A stretch of DNA of 64,000 bases from a virus (lineage: Duplodnaviria > Caudoviricetes). Position 1 is the stretch's first letter; every line of letters begins with the position of its first letter. This document shows, in pieces, positions 50,552 through 59,888 of this stretch. The notes under the pieces were generated by a model. That model ran no database searches. It was not told the DNA's origin and was given only the letters and a program-made list of their open reading frames with translations. Made by a program: the position numbers and the translations under genes. The stretch is taken from IMG/VR virus record IMGVR_UViG_3300035208_002115, one strand, 5' to 3'.

Positions 50552-50938
50552 TTATTTTAAATCAGCAATAAATGGGATAATTTGCTGTTTTATTTCATCT
50601 ATTGTTATTGACGGATACTTTTCAATTATCAAGTTTTTAAGTTTTAATGAATCTTCGTTCAATTTCTTAATCTTGATATAATACGGTTGAATCTGACTTT
50701 CGATTTTATCTACGTTTTTAATCAGCTCATCCATTTTCTCTATATATAATTTTTCTTTTATAGAATTTTTTTCTTCACCCTCATATAGTTCATCTATTTC
50801 ATCTCTATATCGCTCAATTTCTTTACGATATCTATTGATACTTGGCTGTTTCTTTTTAATATTAGAAAGTGCCAGTAAGTATTCTTCACGAATTCTTCTG
50901 GCCTCATTTAAATAAAATAAATCCAATTTTACTTTCAT
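50552..50938 (-). CDS. Coiled-coil hypothetical protein
   Basis: Heptad-rich ORF. Confidence 0.6.
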   Translation of the reverse strand: MKVKLDLFYLNEARRIREEYLLALSNIKKKQPSINRYRKEIERYRDEIDELYEGEEKNSIKEKLYIEKMDELIKNVDKIESQIQPYYIKIKKLNEDSLKLKNLIIEKYPSITIDEIKQQIIPFIADLK

Positions 50939-50939
50939 A

Positions 50940-51881
50940 TTATACTATAACGGGTTTTAATTTTTTCTTTTCTGCCGATTCTGGTAACAATTCTACTTCT
51001 TTACCATTTTCATCAAAATAGAAAAACTTTTGTTTTCCACTTTTTGTTTGTTTTCCAGCTTTGTGTATACCTTTTTTAGTTTCCACTGCTTTGATAGTTA
51101 CTTTGTCAGTTTTAAACTTATTAGCCTCATCTTCACCATAAATTTCTTTAATGATTTGATATTCAACCTCACTTTCAACATCAGAAACTTTACTCATAAT
51201 ATTATCCATTATAAGATTTTTATAATAACCAATAATATCACCTTCAATATTTTCTAACATCATTTTAACAAAATCTGGGCTACCGATTTTATCTTTAAAC
51301 TCGATATTTATGGTTATATCATGATTTCTTTTGAAAGATTTAAAAATCATTTCACTTGGATTGATGGGTTGCTGATAAGTCGGTTGTTGAGTTTGTATTG
51401 ACTCATTTGGAATAGCACTATTAGTAGGTAATGGTTGTCTTTTCATTCTAATTCTTCTCCTATTGTTAGCTTCAGTTAATCCAAACATGGCTACCTCATC
51501 TCTATATAAATCTTCTTCAGCATTAACAGTATTTTTTGTGTTGTCTATTTTGGTAACGACTGGTTCTTGAATAGTACCAATATTCATTTTATCCCCAGTT
51601 GTTTTATCAACCACTGAAATACTTGGTTGGTCTGTTATTTTACTGGTATCAACTTTTTTTAAGTTTTCTTCAAATTCACCAGCTAATTTACCATAACTCC
51701 CACTTTTTAAAAAAGATTTTGGGTCAACGACATCTGTCATTATTTCTTCATATAGAAAATTAAATCTATCAGCCAAAACATTATCACCATTTGATAACGA
51801 TATAAAATTATCATTTTCATTTAATATAATGACTGGTTGTGAATTTGGACTATCTTTTTTACGAAATTGTTTCTTTTCCAT
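50940..51881 (-). CDS. Hypothetical protein
   Basis: 313 aa ORF. Confidence 0.7.
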   Translation of the reverse strand: MEKKQFRKKDSPNSQPVIILNENDNFISLSNGDNVLADRFNFLYEEIMTDVVDPKSFLKSGSYGKLAGEFEENLKKVDTSKITDQPSISVVDKTTGDKMNIGTIQEPVVTKIDNTKNTVNAEEDLYRDEVAMFGLTEANNRRRIRMKRQPLPTNSAIPNESIQTQQPTYQQPINPSEMIFKSFKRNHDITINIEFKDKIGSPDFVKMMLENIEGDIIGYYKNLIMDNIMSKVSDVESEVEYQIIKEIYGEDEANKFKTDKVTIKAVETKKGIHKAGKQTKSGKQKFFYFDENGKEVELLPESAEKKKLKPVIV

Positions 51882-51973
51882 TTTTATATGGTTTTATTTT
51901 TTATATATGAAAATTTTGTTTTTGTTTATTTTAAAATATAAATATATATAGTAAAAAAGATTGGGTTCGTTTT

Positions 51974-52561
51974 ATGTTTAATTACAAAAATTTCATTATT
52001 TCTAAAACTAAGCAACTATTTGAGAATGAATTAACAGAATATCTTGGATATGATATTCCAGAGAAGGAAATATCAGGAACATTTTATCATGGGTCTATTA
52101 TACAAGATTTAGATGATTTAATAAATGAATTTAACCCATCCATATATAGTGATTATACAGCTACTTGGATAACAGACGATGAATATATAGCCAATGAATA
52201 TTCTACATACAAACAATCTGAAAATGAATTGAGATGTGTTTATAAAGTTGAAATACAGAAACCAATAAAAATTTTAGAATTTAATGGTGAAATTGCCAGA
52301 GATATTATAGAATATTTTGGTGAAGATGATTTGCGAAATACCATTGGTTTTTTAGAACGACTTGGGTATAAAGGTTGGCGTACCAACGGCTCAATAAATT
52401 ATCACGAATATGAAGATATAGCAATTTTTGATAGTAAATTTTTATATATATATAGTGTGAAATTCATCATCGATGATATTGAAACAGATTACATGTCATT
52501 GAATGATGCAAAAAATTATATTTTAAAAAACAAATTGATACAAGATGAAAACGAAATTTGA
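51974..52561 (+). CDS. Leader-bearing protein (MFNYKNF...LFENE) with ART-like domain
   Basis: FYHGS...F...WITDD..IANEYS...GYKGW...DIAIF. Confidence 0.6.
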   Translation: MFNYKNFIISKTKQLFENELTEYLGYDIPEKEISGTFYHGSIIQDLDDLINEFNPSIYSDYTATWITDDEYIANEYSTYKQSENELRCVYKVEIQKPIKILEFNGEIARDIIEYFGEDDLRNTIGFLERLGYKGWRTNGSINYHEYEDIAIFDSKFLYIYSVKFIIDDIETDYMSLNDAKNYILKNKLIQDENEI

Positions 52562-52796
52562 AGATTTTCTAAATGAGTACAAAGAAGCTTTTAATGTAGA
52601 AAAAGCACTTAAAGAGGTTATTGGAAAAGCCTTTGGTGAAGAAAAATGTGATTGTAAAACAATTATAAATAAAATTTACAAAGAAAGTGAAAATGGTACA
52701 TTACCGACTGCCATTAAGAAAGTTGTAAAAGAATATCCAGAACTGAAAGATTTTGAAAAAGAGCTTATTGCAGTACTGGAAGACCAAATCGATTAA
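52545..52796 (+). CDS. Leader-bearing small protein (MKTKFEDFLNE)
   Basis: Shared leader. Confidence 0.65.
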   Translation: MKTKFEDFLNEYKEAFNVEKALKEVIGKAFGEEKCDCKTIINKIYKESENGTLPTAIKKVVKEYPELKDFEKELIAVLEDQID

Positions 52797-52820
52797 ATAT
52801 AGATTTTTATTTCTATAATG

Positions 52821-52852
52821 AAAAAAGGAGATTATATATAATCTCCTTTTTT
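52821..52852. terminator. Perfect 32-bp palindrome / terminator
   Basis: AAAAAAGGAGATTATA|TATAATCTCCTTTTTT. Confidence 0.75.
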
Positions 52853-52871
52853 AAAATACTACCAATACTTA

Positions 52872-53957
52872 ATGTCTAATTTAACAACAGAAAAATTTAT
52901 AGAAAAAGCAAAATTGAAACATGGGGACAAATATAATTATAGTTTAGTTAATTATATAGATACTCATACTATAATTAGAATAATATGTTCGATTCATGGT
53001 GTTTTTGAACAAAAACCCTGTAATCATTTAGCTGGTTGTGGTTGTCAAATATGTTATAAAAATATACAAAATATTGATAAAAAATATACAAAAAACATTT
53101 TTATTGAAAAATCTAATATATTACATAATAATAAGTATGATTATAGTAAAGTTATTTATATCAACAGCAAAACTAAAGTAAAAATAATTTGTAAAGAACA
53201 CGGGGAATTCGAACAAACACCTAAACATCATTTAAAGGGTTGTGGGTGTAAAAAATGTAGTATATTATATAATAAAGAAATATTTGAAACAAAAGCTAAC
53301 CTAAAACATAATAATAAATATGATTATTCTTTAGTTAATTATAATAATTGTAGGAATAAAATAAAAATAATTTGTTCTGAACATGGTGTATTTGAACAAA
53401 TACCATATTATCATTTAGCTGGTAATGGATGTCCAAAATGTTCTAAAAGTTATAATAAAACAACTGAATATTTTATTAATAAAGCTAAAGAAATTCATGG
53501 CGATAAATATGATTACTCTTTAGTTGAATATAAAAAAGCTAAAAATAAAGTCGAGATTATCTGTTCAAAACATGGGTCATTTTTTCAAAGACCACAAGAC
53601 CATTTAAGCGGTAATGGTTGTCCAACATGTAATAATTCAAAAGGTGAGATAGAAATAAGAAAATTATTATCAAAAAATAACATCATATTTAAAGAACAAT
53701 ATATATTTGATAATTGTAAATTTAAAAATAAATTAAAATTTGATTTTTATTTAATAGAGAATGAATTATGTATAGAGTTTGATGGAAAACAACACTATGA
53801 AGAAGTTCGGCATTTTGGGGGTAAAAAAACATTAAATGAACAAAAAATTAGAGATGAAATAAAAAATAATTATTGTAAAGAAAATAATATATACTTATTA
53901 AGAATAAAATATAGTGAAGATATTGAACATAAATTAAAAGAGTATAATATCATATGA
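52872..53957 (+). CDS. Homing-endonuclease-like protein: four DUF723-type Zn repeats plus a C-terminal PD-(D/E)xK/Vsr-like nuclease
   Basis: KYDYS.V.Y...KV.IIC..HG.F.Q.P..HL.G.GC..C repeats; SKGE, FDFYL...IEFDGKQHY. Confidence 0.8.
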   Translation: MSNLTTEKFIEKAKLKHGDKYNYSLVNYIDTHTIIRIICSIHGVFEQKPCNHLAGCGCQICYKNIQNIDKKYTKNIFIEKSNILHNNKYDYSKVIYINSKTKVKIICKEHGEFEQTPKHHLKGCGCKKCSILYNKEIFETKANLKHNNKYDYSLVNYNNCRNKIKIICSEHGVFEQIPYYHLAGNGCPKCSKSYNKTTEYFINKAKEIHGDKYDYSLVEYKKAKNKVEIICSKHGSFFQRPQDHLSGNGCPTCNNSKGEIEIRKLLSKNNIIFKEQYIFDNCKFKNKLKFDFYLIENELCIEFDGKQHYEEVRHFGGKKTLNEQKIRDEIKNNYCKENNIYLLRIKYSEDIEHKLKEYNII

Positions 53958-54370
53958 GATATAAAGAATTAAAATATCAGGGAAAAACTTATACGGAAAA
54001 ATATCAGATAGACGAAATTCTTTCTGAAAATAAATTTCTTTGGGTTTTAGAAGCTGAATTATCAACTCTTCGTATGGAGATTATGAAAAACACATTTATA
54101 ATTAATGGTGGTATTTGGTATTCTGGAACATTTAAATTTGGGGTAGTGAGAAATGTTGAAATGAGATTTTGTAATTGGGAAAATGGCGTTTGGTATAACG
54201 GATATTGGTGGGACGGTATATTTAAGTCTGGACTTATTTATAATGGCACTTTTTATAAAGGTCAATTCTTAAATGGTATAGCAAAAAATATGATGCCAAA
54301 CTCTGAGTATAAAACCAAACACGATTTTATAGATTGTGATATATCACCAAATTTCAAAATTGAAGAATAA
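53954..54370 (+). CDS. Protein with W/F-x-x-G-x pentapeptide-like repeats
   Basis: WENGVWYNGYWWDGIFKSGLIYNGTFYKGQFLNG. Confidence 0.65.
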   Translation: MRYKELKYQGKTYTEKYQIDEILSENKFLWVLEAELSTLRMEIMKNTFIINGGIWYSGTFKFGVVRNVEMRFCNWENGVWYNGYWWDGIFKSGLIYNGTFYKGQFLNGIAKNMMPNSEYKTKHDFIDCDISPNFKIEE

Positions 54371-54373
54371 AAA

Positions 54374-55981
54374 ATGGAAACAACACACTTCTTAGAACAA
54401 CTTGATAATATTATAAACCGATATAACAGAACTTCTTTAAATGAGACTTCTTTTTTTGATAATATTAAAAATATAATAAAAACTTTTTTATCTGATAACA
54501 AAGATAGAATTGAATCTATATTACCAAAAGTTATAGATTTTATTAATAAAAAAAATATGAATGCTTTGTATAAAAAATCTATTCTTACATTCATTCTTAT
54601 GACAGTTATAGGTTTTGGACTTAATATTTCTAAAGCATCAGAAATTTTTCAAGATAAAGGTGTTTATGACAAAGTTGAATGGTCAGAAATTAAAATAGGA
54701 AAAAATTTAAATGTTGATGGACTTGATTCACATTTTGAATTAGGACAATATAATATGAAATATCTGCAAATTCAAGAATGGTATGATTCTATCACAAATC
54801 AATTACCATCTTATCCTGTATCAATAAAAGCTACATTCGTTGTAACTATAAGTAAAGACCCATCAAACCCAACAAATAAAAATTTCGCAAATGATGATAC
54901 AGAAGCAGATAAAGCAACTGGTGGTAAATTATTAGAAAAGAGAAAAAAAACAGCCGTTAAATTGTTAACAATGTTGAAAGATAAATTGAAAGCTGATAAT
55001 ATATCTTTTGATTTTGATGTTCTAACTAAAGTTGAAAATGAAAAAATTGGTTATTTTTCAGAAATAGTATACGAAGGAATACCAGTTGTAGCAAGTGGCG
55101 ATTTAGATGACGAAGCATATTATAACCAAGGTGAAGACCAACAAGACAATGATGGTAATTTTATTAGACCTAATATAACAGGTGGTAGAATGGATATTTC
55201 ATCTTTAAGTAGAAATTATCAATTTGTTGAACTTTTAAAGCTCGGAGATATAAATTCTAAGCGTTTTAATGGGGATAAGATTGATAGTGGTGATGAGTAT
55301 TCAAAATGGATAGTAAACACCAGAAAACACATTAAAGAGTTCTTAACGAGACTTCAAAAAGAATACCCTGAAAAAGGAATACAATTTGATAAATCTGCGA
55401 AAGCTATAAATCCAATAACTGGTTCTGTTGCTGGTATGTCAAATGTTGGTAAACAGTTTCAATATGTTCAAGAAAATAAATATATTAAATGTTTTGAAAG
55501 ATTTGAAAAGGAATTAAACCCTTTATATAGTAAATGGAAAAAAATATTAGGTCAATTTTTCCCAAAACTTACCGTTGGTCAAGCCGAAAAACTGGATAGA
55601 AACATCGATAGGATTCTTAATTATCTGGAACAAATGTATGGTAGTTCAATTTTAAATTTCACTTATGCTAAAACAATTGATATAAAAGAAAATGTTGATT
55701 TCAGTGTAGCAAATGAAATACTTCATCAGATTGGTAAGAGAGCTTTATATATGATGGGAGCGTGTAACTATATGGGTGAAGATAATGGTGTAACTTTTAA
55801 AATAAAAGGGAGTAAAAATTACAATTTTATAAAAATACTGTTAAATAATATGGATACATATGATATAACTTTTATAAAATTATCTCTCACTAAAAGAACC
55901 GAAAAGAAAATTGATGGTGTGTATAATGATAACTTACACGAAATTATCTCTAAAGAAACAGGTTTAGCACTAAATATATAA
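54374..55981 (+). CDS. Large multi-domain hypothetical protein, possibly virion-associated
   Basis: 535 aa; SLNE and an internal leader-like KYIKCFERF segment. Confidence 0.65.
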   Translation: METTHFLEQLDNIINRYNRTSLNETSFFDNIKNIIKTFLSDNKDRIESILPKVIDFINKKNMNALYKKSILTFILMTVIGFGLNISKASEIFQDKGVYDKVEWSEIKIGKNLNVDGLDSHFELGQYNMKYLQIQEWYDSITNQLPSYPVSIKATFVVTISKDPSNPTNKNFANDDTEADKATGGKLLEKRKKTAVKLLTMLKDKLKADNISFDFDVLTKVENEKIGYFSEIVYEGIPVVASGDLDDEAYYNQGEDQQDNDGNFIRPNITGGRMDISSLSRNYQFVELLKLGDINSKRFNGDKIDSGDEYSKWIVNTRKHIKEFLTRLQKEYPEKGIQFDKSAKAINPITGSVAGMSNVGKQFQYVQENKYIKCFERFEKELNPLYSKWKKILGQFFPKLTVGQAEKLDRNIDRILNYLEQMYGSSILNFTYAKTIDIKENVDFSVANEILHQIGKRALYMMGACNYMGEDNGVTFKIKGSKNYNFIKILLNNMDTYDITFIKLSLTKRTEKKIDGVYNDNLHEIISKETGLALNI

Positions 55982-55984
55982 TAT

Positions 55985-56392
55985 TTAATTATTCTTTTCC
56001 TCTGATTTAGAAATTAATCGATTAACTAAAAGATTAAGATTTTTATCATTTAAAATCTCCATCATTATATCTTGGTTGATTTTACTAATAGAACCAGATT
56101 TTTCTTTTAATTTTCTATGAGCATCCGAATTGTGATAAATTATCATATCTGCCAATTCACTTTCAGTGAAGTCCATATAAAATTCAAAATGTTTTTTTCT
56201 TCTTTTATTAATAAATTTTTTGAAATTATCTTTACAAAATATTTTAACAATGTCTATCGCCTTTGGTTTTAAAACATTTTCTAATTGCATATCTAAAATA
56301 TGATTAACATTTTTATAGAATTCATCATCAATATTCATAATATCCAATAATTTATTAACTAACTGTTCTTTATCATCATTATGTTCTTTCAT
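55985..56392 (-). CDS. DUF2059-like helical protein (tentative)
   Basis: FYMDFTESELADMIIYHNS resembles the Y..FT..EL...FY.S motif. Confidence 0.45.
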   Translation of the reverse strand: MKEHNDDKEQLVNKLLDIMNIDDEFYKNVNHILDMQLENVLKPKAIDIVKIFCKDNFKKFINKRRKKHFEFYMDFTESELADMIIYHNSDAHRKLKEKSGSISKINQDIMMEILNDKNLNLLVNRLISKSEEKNN

Positions 56393-56490
56393 AAACAGAA
56401 TACTCGTTTTGATTATATATTAAAGAATGTGAGTCCAATATTAAATACATTTTTATTTTTAATATATAGAATAAAATAAAATATCTTAAT

Positions 56491-56985
56491 ATGAAATATG
56501 TAAAAGCATTTGAAAGCTACGGAAAACCTGATAAAGATGTAGAAAATATGTACAATAAATTTGGAAAAGAATTTCCACTGGCTGCTGATTTGATAGCATA
56601 TTACATATTTAACTATAAAGAAACTGATAATAACATATTGAAAGTTATTAAAAAACATGCACATGAATTAAGTGAATTAGCTATGGGTTATGAAAATAGT
56701 TGGGAAGATAATATGGAAAATATTGAAACTGAAATTAAAAAAATTATTTATCCAACAGAATCTAACGAATCTGTGAAAAATAGTGAAAAAAACGTTATAG
56801 ATATACTTATCGCTATTGGTAAGATTGAAAAAATATTTGATGAAGAATATATACCAAATTTAAAATCTTTAATTGAGAACGGTTTAATAGATAAAAGATT
56901 ACTTGACCATGCAGAAGTTACTACAAATGATTTTGCAGCATTAAAAAGTTGGGCTAATCAAGATTTTAACAAACAAACTAAATAA
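56491..56985 (+). CDS. Leader-bearing protein (MKYVKAFESY)
   Basis: Shared leader, late motif at 56460-56468. Confidence 0.65.
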   Translation: MKYVKAFESYGKPDKDVENMYNKFGKEFPLAADLIAYYIFNYKETDNNILKVIKKHAHELSELAMGYENSWEDNMENIETEIKKIIYPTESNESVKNSEKNVIDILIAIGKIEKIFDEEYIPNLKSLIENGLIDKRLLDHAEVTTNDFAALKSWANQDFNKQTK

Positions 56986-57326
56986 GGTAAAATTTTATCA
57001 GAATACGGAGAGCGTTTATTATAACCATATTTTTCAACATCCTTGGTCTCATTTTCAGTAACAAATAAATAATGTTTGTTATCGATGGCATCCCACAGGT
57101 CATGATTAGATACATCTTCAAATTCTGGTTCACAACCGCCACAAAATTCATCGCAAATAACATCTTTAATAATTTCAAAGTATTCCTGTGGTATAGGATT
57201 AATTCTTGGAACACCAGCATTATTAAAAACAGTACCAATGATACCAACAAGTTGTTTAACATAAAAATATTTAATGTTTTTACATTCTTCAATTGTATGA
57301 TATTTTATTTTTTCTTCGATGTTCAT
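56958..57326 (-). CDS. Hypothetical protein
   Basis: ORF, ATGA coupling. Confidence 0.6.
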   Translation of the reverse strand: MNIEEKIKYHTIEECKNIKYFYVKQLVGIIGTVFNNAGVPRINPIPQEYFEIIKDVICDEFCGGCEPEFEDVSNHDLWDAIDNKHYLFVTENETKDVEKYGYNKRSPYSDKILPYLVCLLKS

Positions 57327-57568
57327 TTTTTACGTTTTGTAGAAGCAATTAAATCTCCTTTATAATACAATTTTCGCTCTTTAATAGTTGTGATTAATAT
57401 CAAGCCGTCAAAATTATAAGTATAACCAGAATTAATTTTATCATTGAAATTTATTATATCACAACCTTTTTCAATCGGTGGACACGCTATATAAGTTATA
57501 ATCTTACCATCTTTTCGGATAATAATCATATTTGAATTTTTAATATCAAAAGATATATCGTATTCCAT
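57323..57568 (-). CDS. Hypothetical protein
   Basis: ORF in operon. Confidence 0.55.
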   Translation of the reverse strand: MEYDISFDIKNSNMIIIRKDGKIITYIACPPIEKGCDIINFNDKINSGYTYNFDGLILITTIKERKLYYKGDLIASTKRKK

Positions 57569-57578
57569 AATTTTTTAA

Positions 57579-57791
57579 TTAAACTGTCATAAATACTCGA
57601 CAAAATTCCTCTGATATAAATTGACCAGCACCAGCATTTCCACAGTTATTACCATAAATGTTGGTTAAATATTCAACACTAAAACCACCATTAGATGAAA
57701 CAGCTATAAAATAGTTATCTATGAATTTGTTCCACCAAGAACCTTTAGTTCCTTTTTTTGTTATATGAATTATTTTTTTATTCTTTTTCAT
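57579..57791 (-). CDS. Hypothetical protein
   Basis: ORF in operon. Confidence 0.55.
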   Translation of the reverse strand: MKKNKKIIHITKKGTKGSWWNKFIDNYFIAVSSNGGFSVEYLTNIYGNNCGNAGAGQFISEEFCRVFMTV

Positions 57792-57794
57792 GAC

Positions 57795-58049
57795 TTAAAA
57801 TTTATCAGTTCTGATTCGAAATAATATCTCAATTTCAATGGCACGGGACACATTACTAAATTTATCACTCCATGTATAGAATTCGTGATTTTCAGCATCA
57901 AACAACGATTTCATCAATTTTGACTTCTTGAAATATGCTGGAGCTTCCTCTGAAGATATGAGATGACTTTCTTTTAAAATTTTTCTCAGTTCTTCGTTAC
58001 TCAGCGTTCTTGCTATATCATAACAACTTGGGGTTTTAATATCTTGCAT
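57795..58049 (-). CDS. Hypothetical protein
   Basis: ORF in operon; loosely similar to 58053-58298. Confidence 0.6.
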   Translation of the reverse strand: MQDIKTPSCYDIARTLSNEELRKILKESHLISSEEAPAYFKKSKLMKSLFDAENHEFYTWSDKFSNVSRAIEIEILFRIRTDKF

Positions 58050-58052
58050 ATA

Positions 58053-58298
58053 TTATGATTTTTGATTTGTAATACGAGTAACACACTCATCCAATATTAA
58101 ATCGGACATTGCATCCAAATTGGTAGAAATACCAGATTCATTTTCAACTACTATACCAAATTTTTTAAAAAGCGATTCTTTGGATAATTCAAGAGTAGTA
58201 TACAATCCACGAAATTCTAAAAGAAGATTTTTAAAATCTTCGTCTGACATTTTCTGTAAATAATCTTTAGAAGTCTGTAAATTTTTTCTGTAAACCAT
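58053..58298 (-). CDS. Hypothetical protein
   Basis: ORF; TATTTTTG promoter at 58323-58330. Confidence 0.6.
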   Translation of the reverse strand: MVYRKNLQTSKDYLQKMSDEDFKNLLLEFRGLYTTLELSKESLFKKFGIVVENESGISTNLDAMSDLILDECVTRITNQKS

Positions 58299-58369
58299 AA
58301 TTGTATGTTTTAGTTTGTCTTACAAAAATATACAGAAAAATAATATAAAAAAAATCGTAGTAAATTTAC

Positions 58370-58822
58370 TTATACACTTTTAAATTCGATAAATTCTAAA
58401 ATATTTTCATATATTAAAGAACTTCCAAATATTCCAACCAACGCAGAAAAAGTATCACATATAATATCATTCTTATCTTCCTCGGATATTTCATCCAAAG
58501 TATTTAATACAAATTCTATCTCATCATCATCAATGGAAGTAAAATCGGTAGGTAACTCTACATCTTCTATAATTTCTTCGGTTTCAATCTTACTAAAATA
58601 TTTATCCAAAAAATAATCATCTATTGTATTTTTTGCTATTTTGACTCTTATCAATACCAAATTGTTATCAACAACATCAGTTTCAATTATACCACCAAAA
58701 TAATCATCTATAAAATCGGTGATAATTTGATTAGAAAGACAGGAATTTCCAATCCCATTAATTGAATCTGACAATATACTAATTGAATTCTTTTTAAGAT
58801 AATCGGTATTTAATGTAATCAT
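58370..58822 (-). CDS. Acidic hypothetical protein
   Basis: Asp/Glu-rich ORF. Confidence 0.6.
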   Translation of the reverse strand: MITLNTDYLKKNSISILSDSINGIGNSCLSNQIITDFIDDYFGGIIETDVVDNNLVLIRVKIAKNTIDDYFLDKYFSKIETEEIIEDVELPTDFTSIDDDEIEFVLNTLDEISEEDKNDIICDTFSALVGIFGSSLIYENILEFIEFKSV

Positions 58823-58869
58823 AATTTAAATATAATTTTTAATAAATCATTTTTATATATAAATTAAAT

Positions 58870-59277
58870 ATGAGTTTAAATATGTCATTTATTAAAAATT
58901 ATAACATTTTTATAAACGAAAATATATCTGATGTTAAATTTATCAAACAATATATAGAAAAAACAAATCCACATACTGGTTCAAGAGATGCGTTTCAGGG
59001 AATAGGTCGTTTATCGGATTTTACTTGGAATGTTAAACAAACTTTAATTCAACCAGATGATAAAAAAATAGATTTGGATGATTTATATCCAGCATCTAAA
59101 TTAGATGTTAAGCGATATAAAAAAGCCTATTTAAAGGGGAGTGAATTTCCACCAATAGTACTGGTTGACAAAGGAAATAAATATACTATTTTAGATGGCG
59201 CACATAGATTGAAAGCTGCTATTGAATTGGATGTTCCAATAAGGGCATACATTGGTTATGAAATAAAAAATAAATAA
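58870..59277 (+). CDS. Leader-bearing protein (MSFIKNYNIFINE) with ParB/Srx domain
   Basis: FPPIVL...YTILDGAHRLKAA. Confidence 0.8.
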   Translation: MSLNMSFIKNYNIFINENISDVKFIKQYIEKTNPHTGSRDAFQGIGRLSDFTWNVKQTLIQPDDKKIDLDDLYPASKLDVKRYKKAYLKGSEFPPIVLVDKGNKYTILDGAHRLKAAIELDVPIRAYIGYEIKNK

Positions 59278-59296
59278 TTTACATTTTTTAACATTT

Positions 59297-59330
59297 TTTG
59301 TCATTATGTCAGAAAAAGGTTTTATATTTG
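59297..59330 (+). promoter_or_regulatory. Bacteroidetes-type promoter (TTTG...TATATTTG) upstream of the pth locus
   Basis: -33-like TTTG at 59297-59300, -7 TATATTTG at 59323-59330. Confidence 0.6.
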
Positions 59331-59401
59331 TCACGATTTATTAATTAAAACATTTTGGTACGAAATTCGTACACAATAAAAACAAACAAAATTATTGCAT
59401 T

Positions 59402-59761
59402 ATGAAAGAAACATAAATTTACAACAGACTTTACGTAATCACTCGAAGTGATTTACATCCTTCTACTCAGGCGGTTCAAGCCATACATGCTGGTATTCAA
59501 TTTCAGCATGAACACCCAGAAATTTCAAAATCATGGAATGAATTATCTAATTATTTAGTCTTTTTGTCAGTTAATGACGAAAGGGAACTCCTATCTATTC
59601 ATTCTAAAGCAACTCAACAAGGTATTAAAGCGAGTGTTTTTCAAGAACCCGATTTGAATAATCAGGTTACTGCTATTACATTAGAACCAAGTTCTGATAC
59701 GAGAAAACTATGCTCTAATTTACCCTTGGCATTAAAAAACGTAAGTTTTAACAAAAATTAA
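59402..59761 (+). CDS. pth: PTH2-family peptidyl-tRNA hydrolase with an in-frame TAA at codon 5 (59414-59416)
   Basis: MKET*IYNRLYVITRSDLHPSTQAVQAIHA...FQEPDLNNQVTAITL...LPLAL; the track ORF 59564-59761 is only the C-terminal half. Confidence 0.85.
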
Positions 59762-59771
59762 TTTTAAAGTT

Positions 59772-59816
59772 ATGAAAGACACATAAATTTTCACACGAGG
59801 TTCACCAAGTCCATAG
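59772..59816 (+). other. Second minigene MKDT* with in-frame readthrough extension IFTRGSPSP*
   Basis: TATGAAAGACACATAAATTT (59771-59790) matches 59401-59420 at 19 of 20 positions. Confidence 0.7.
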
Positions 59817-59888
59817 TTAAAAATTAGGATTTTGAACAAAAATTATTTAAACAAAAATTATTTAAAAACAAAAAACAAAAATTTAATT

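Noticed and set aside
59564-59761. 65-aa TTG-start ORF as a complete gene
   Set aside because: It lacks the conserved N-terminal PTH2 motifs, which are encoded in frame upstream.
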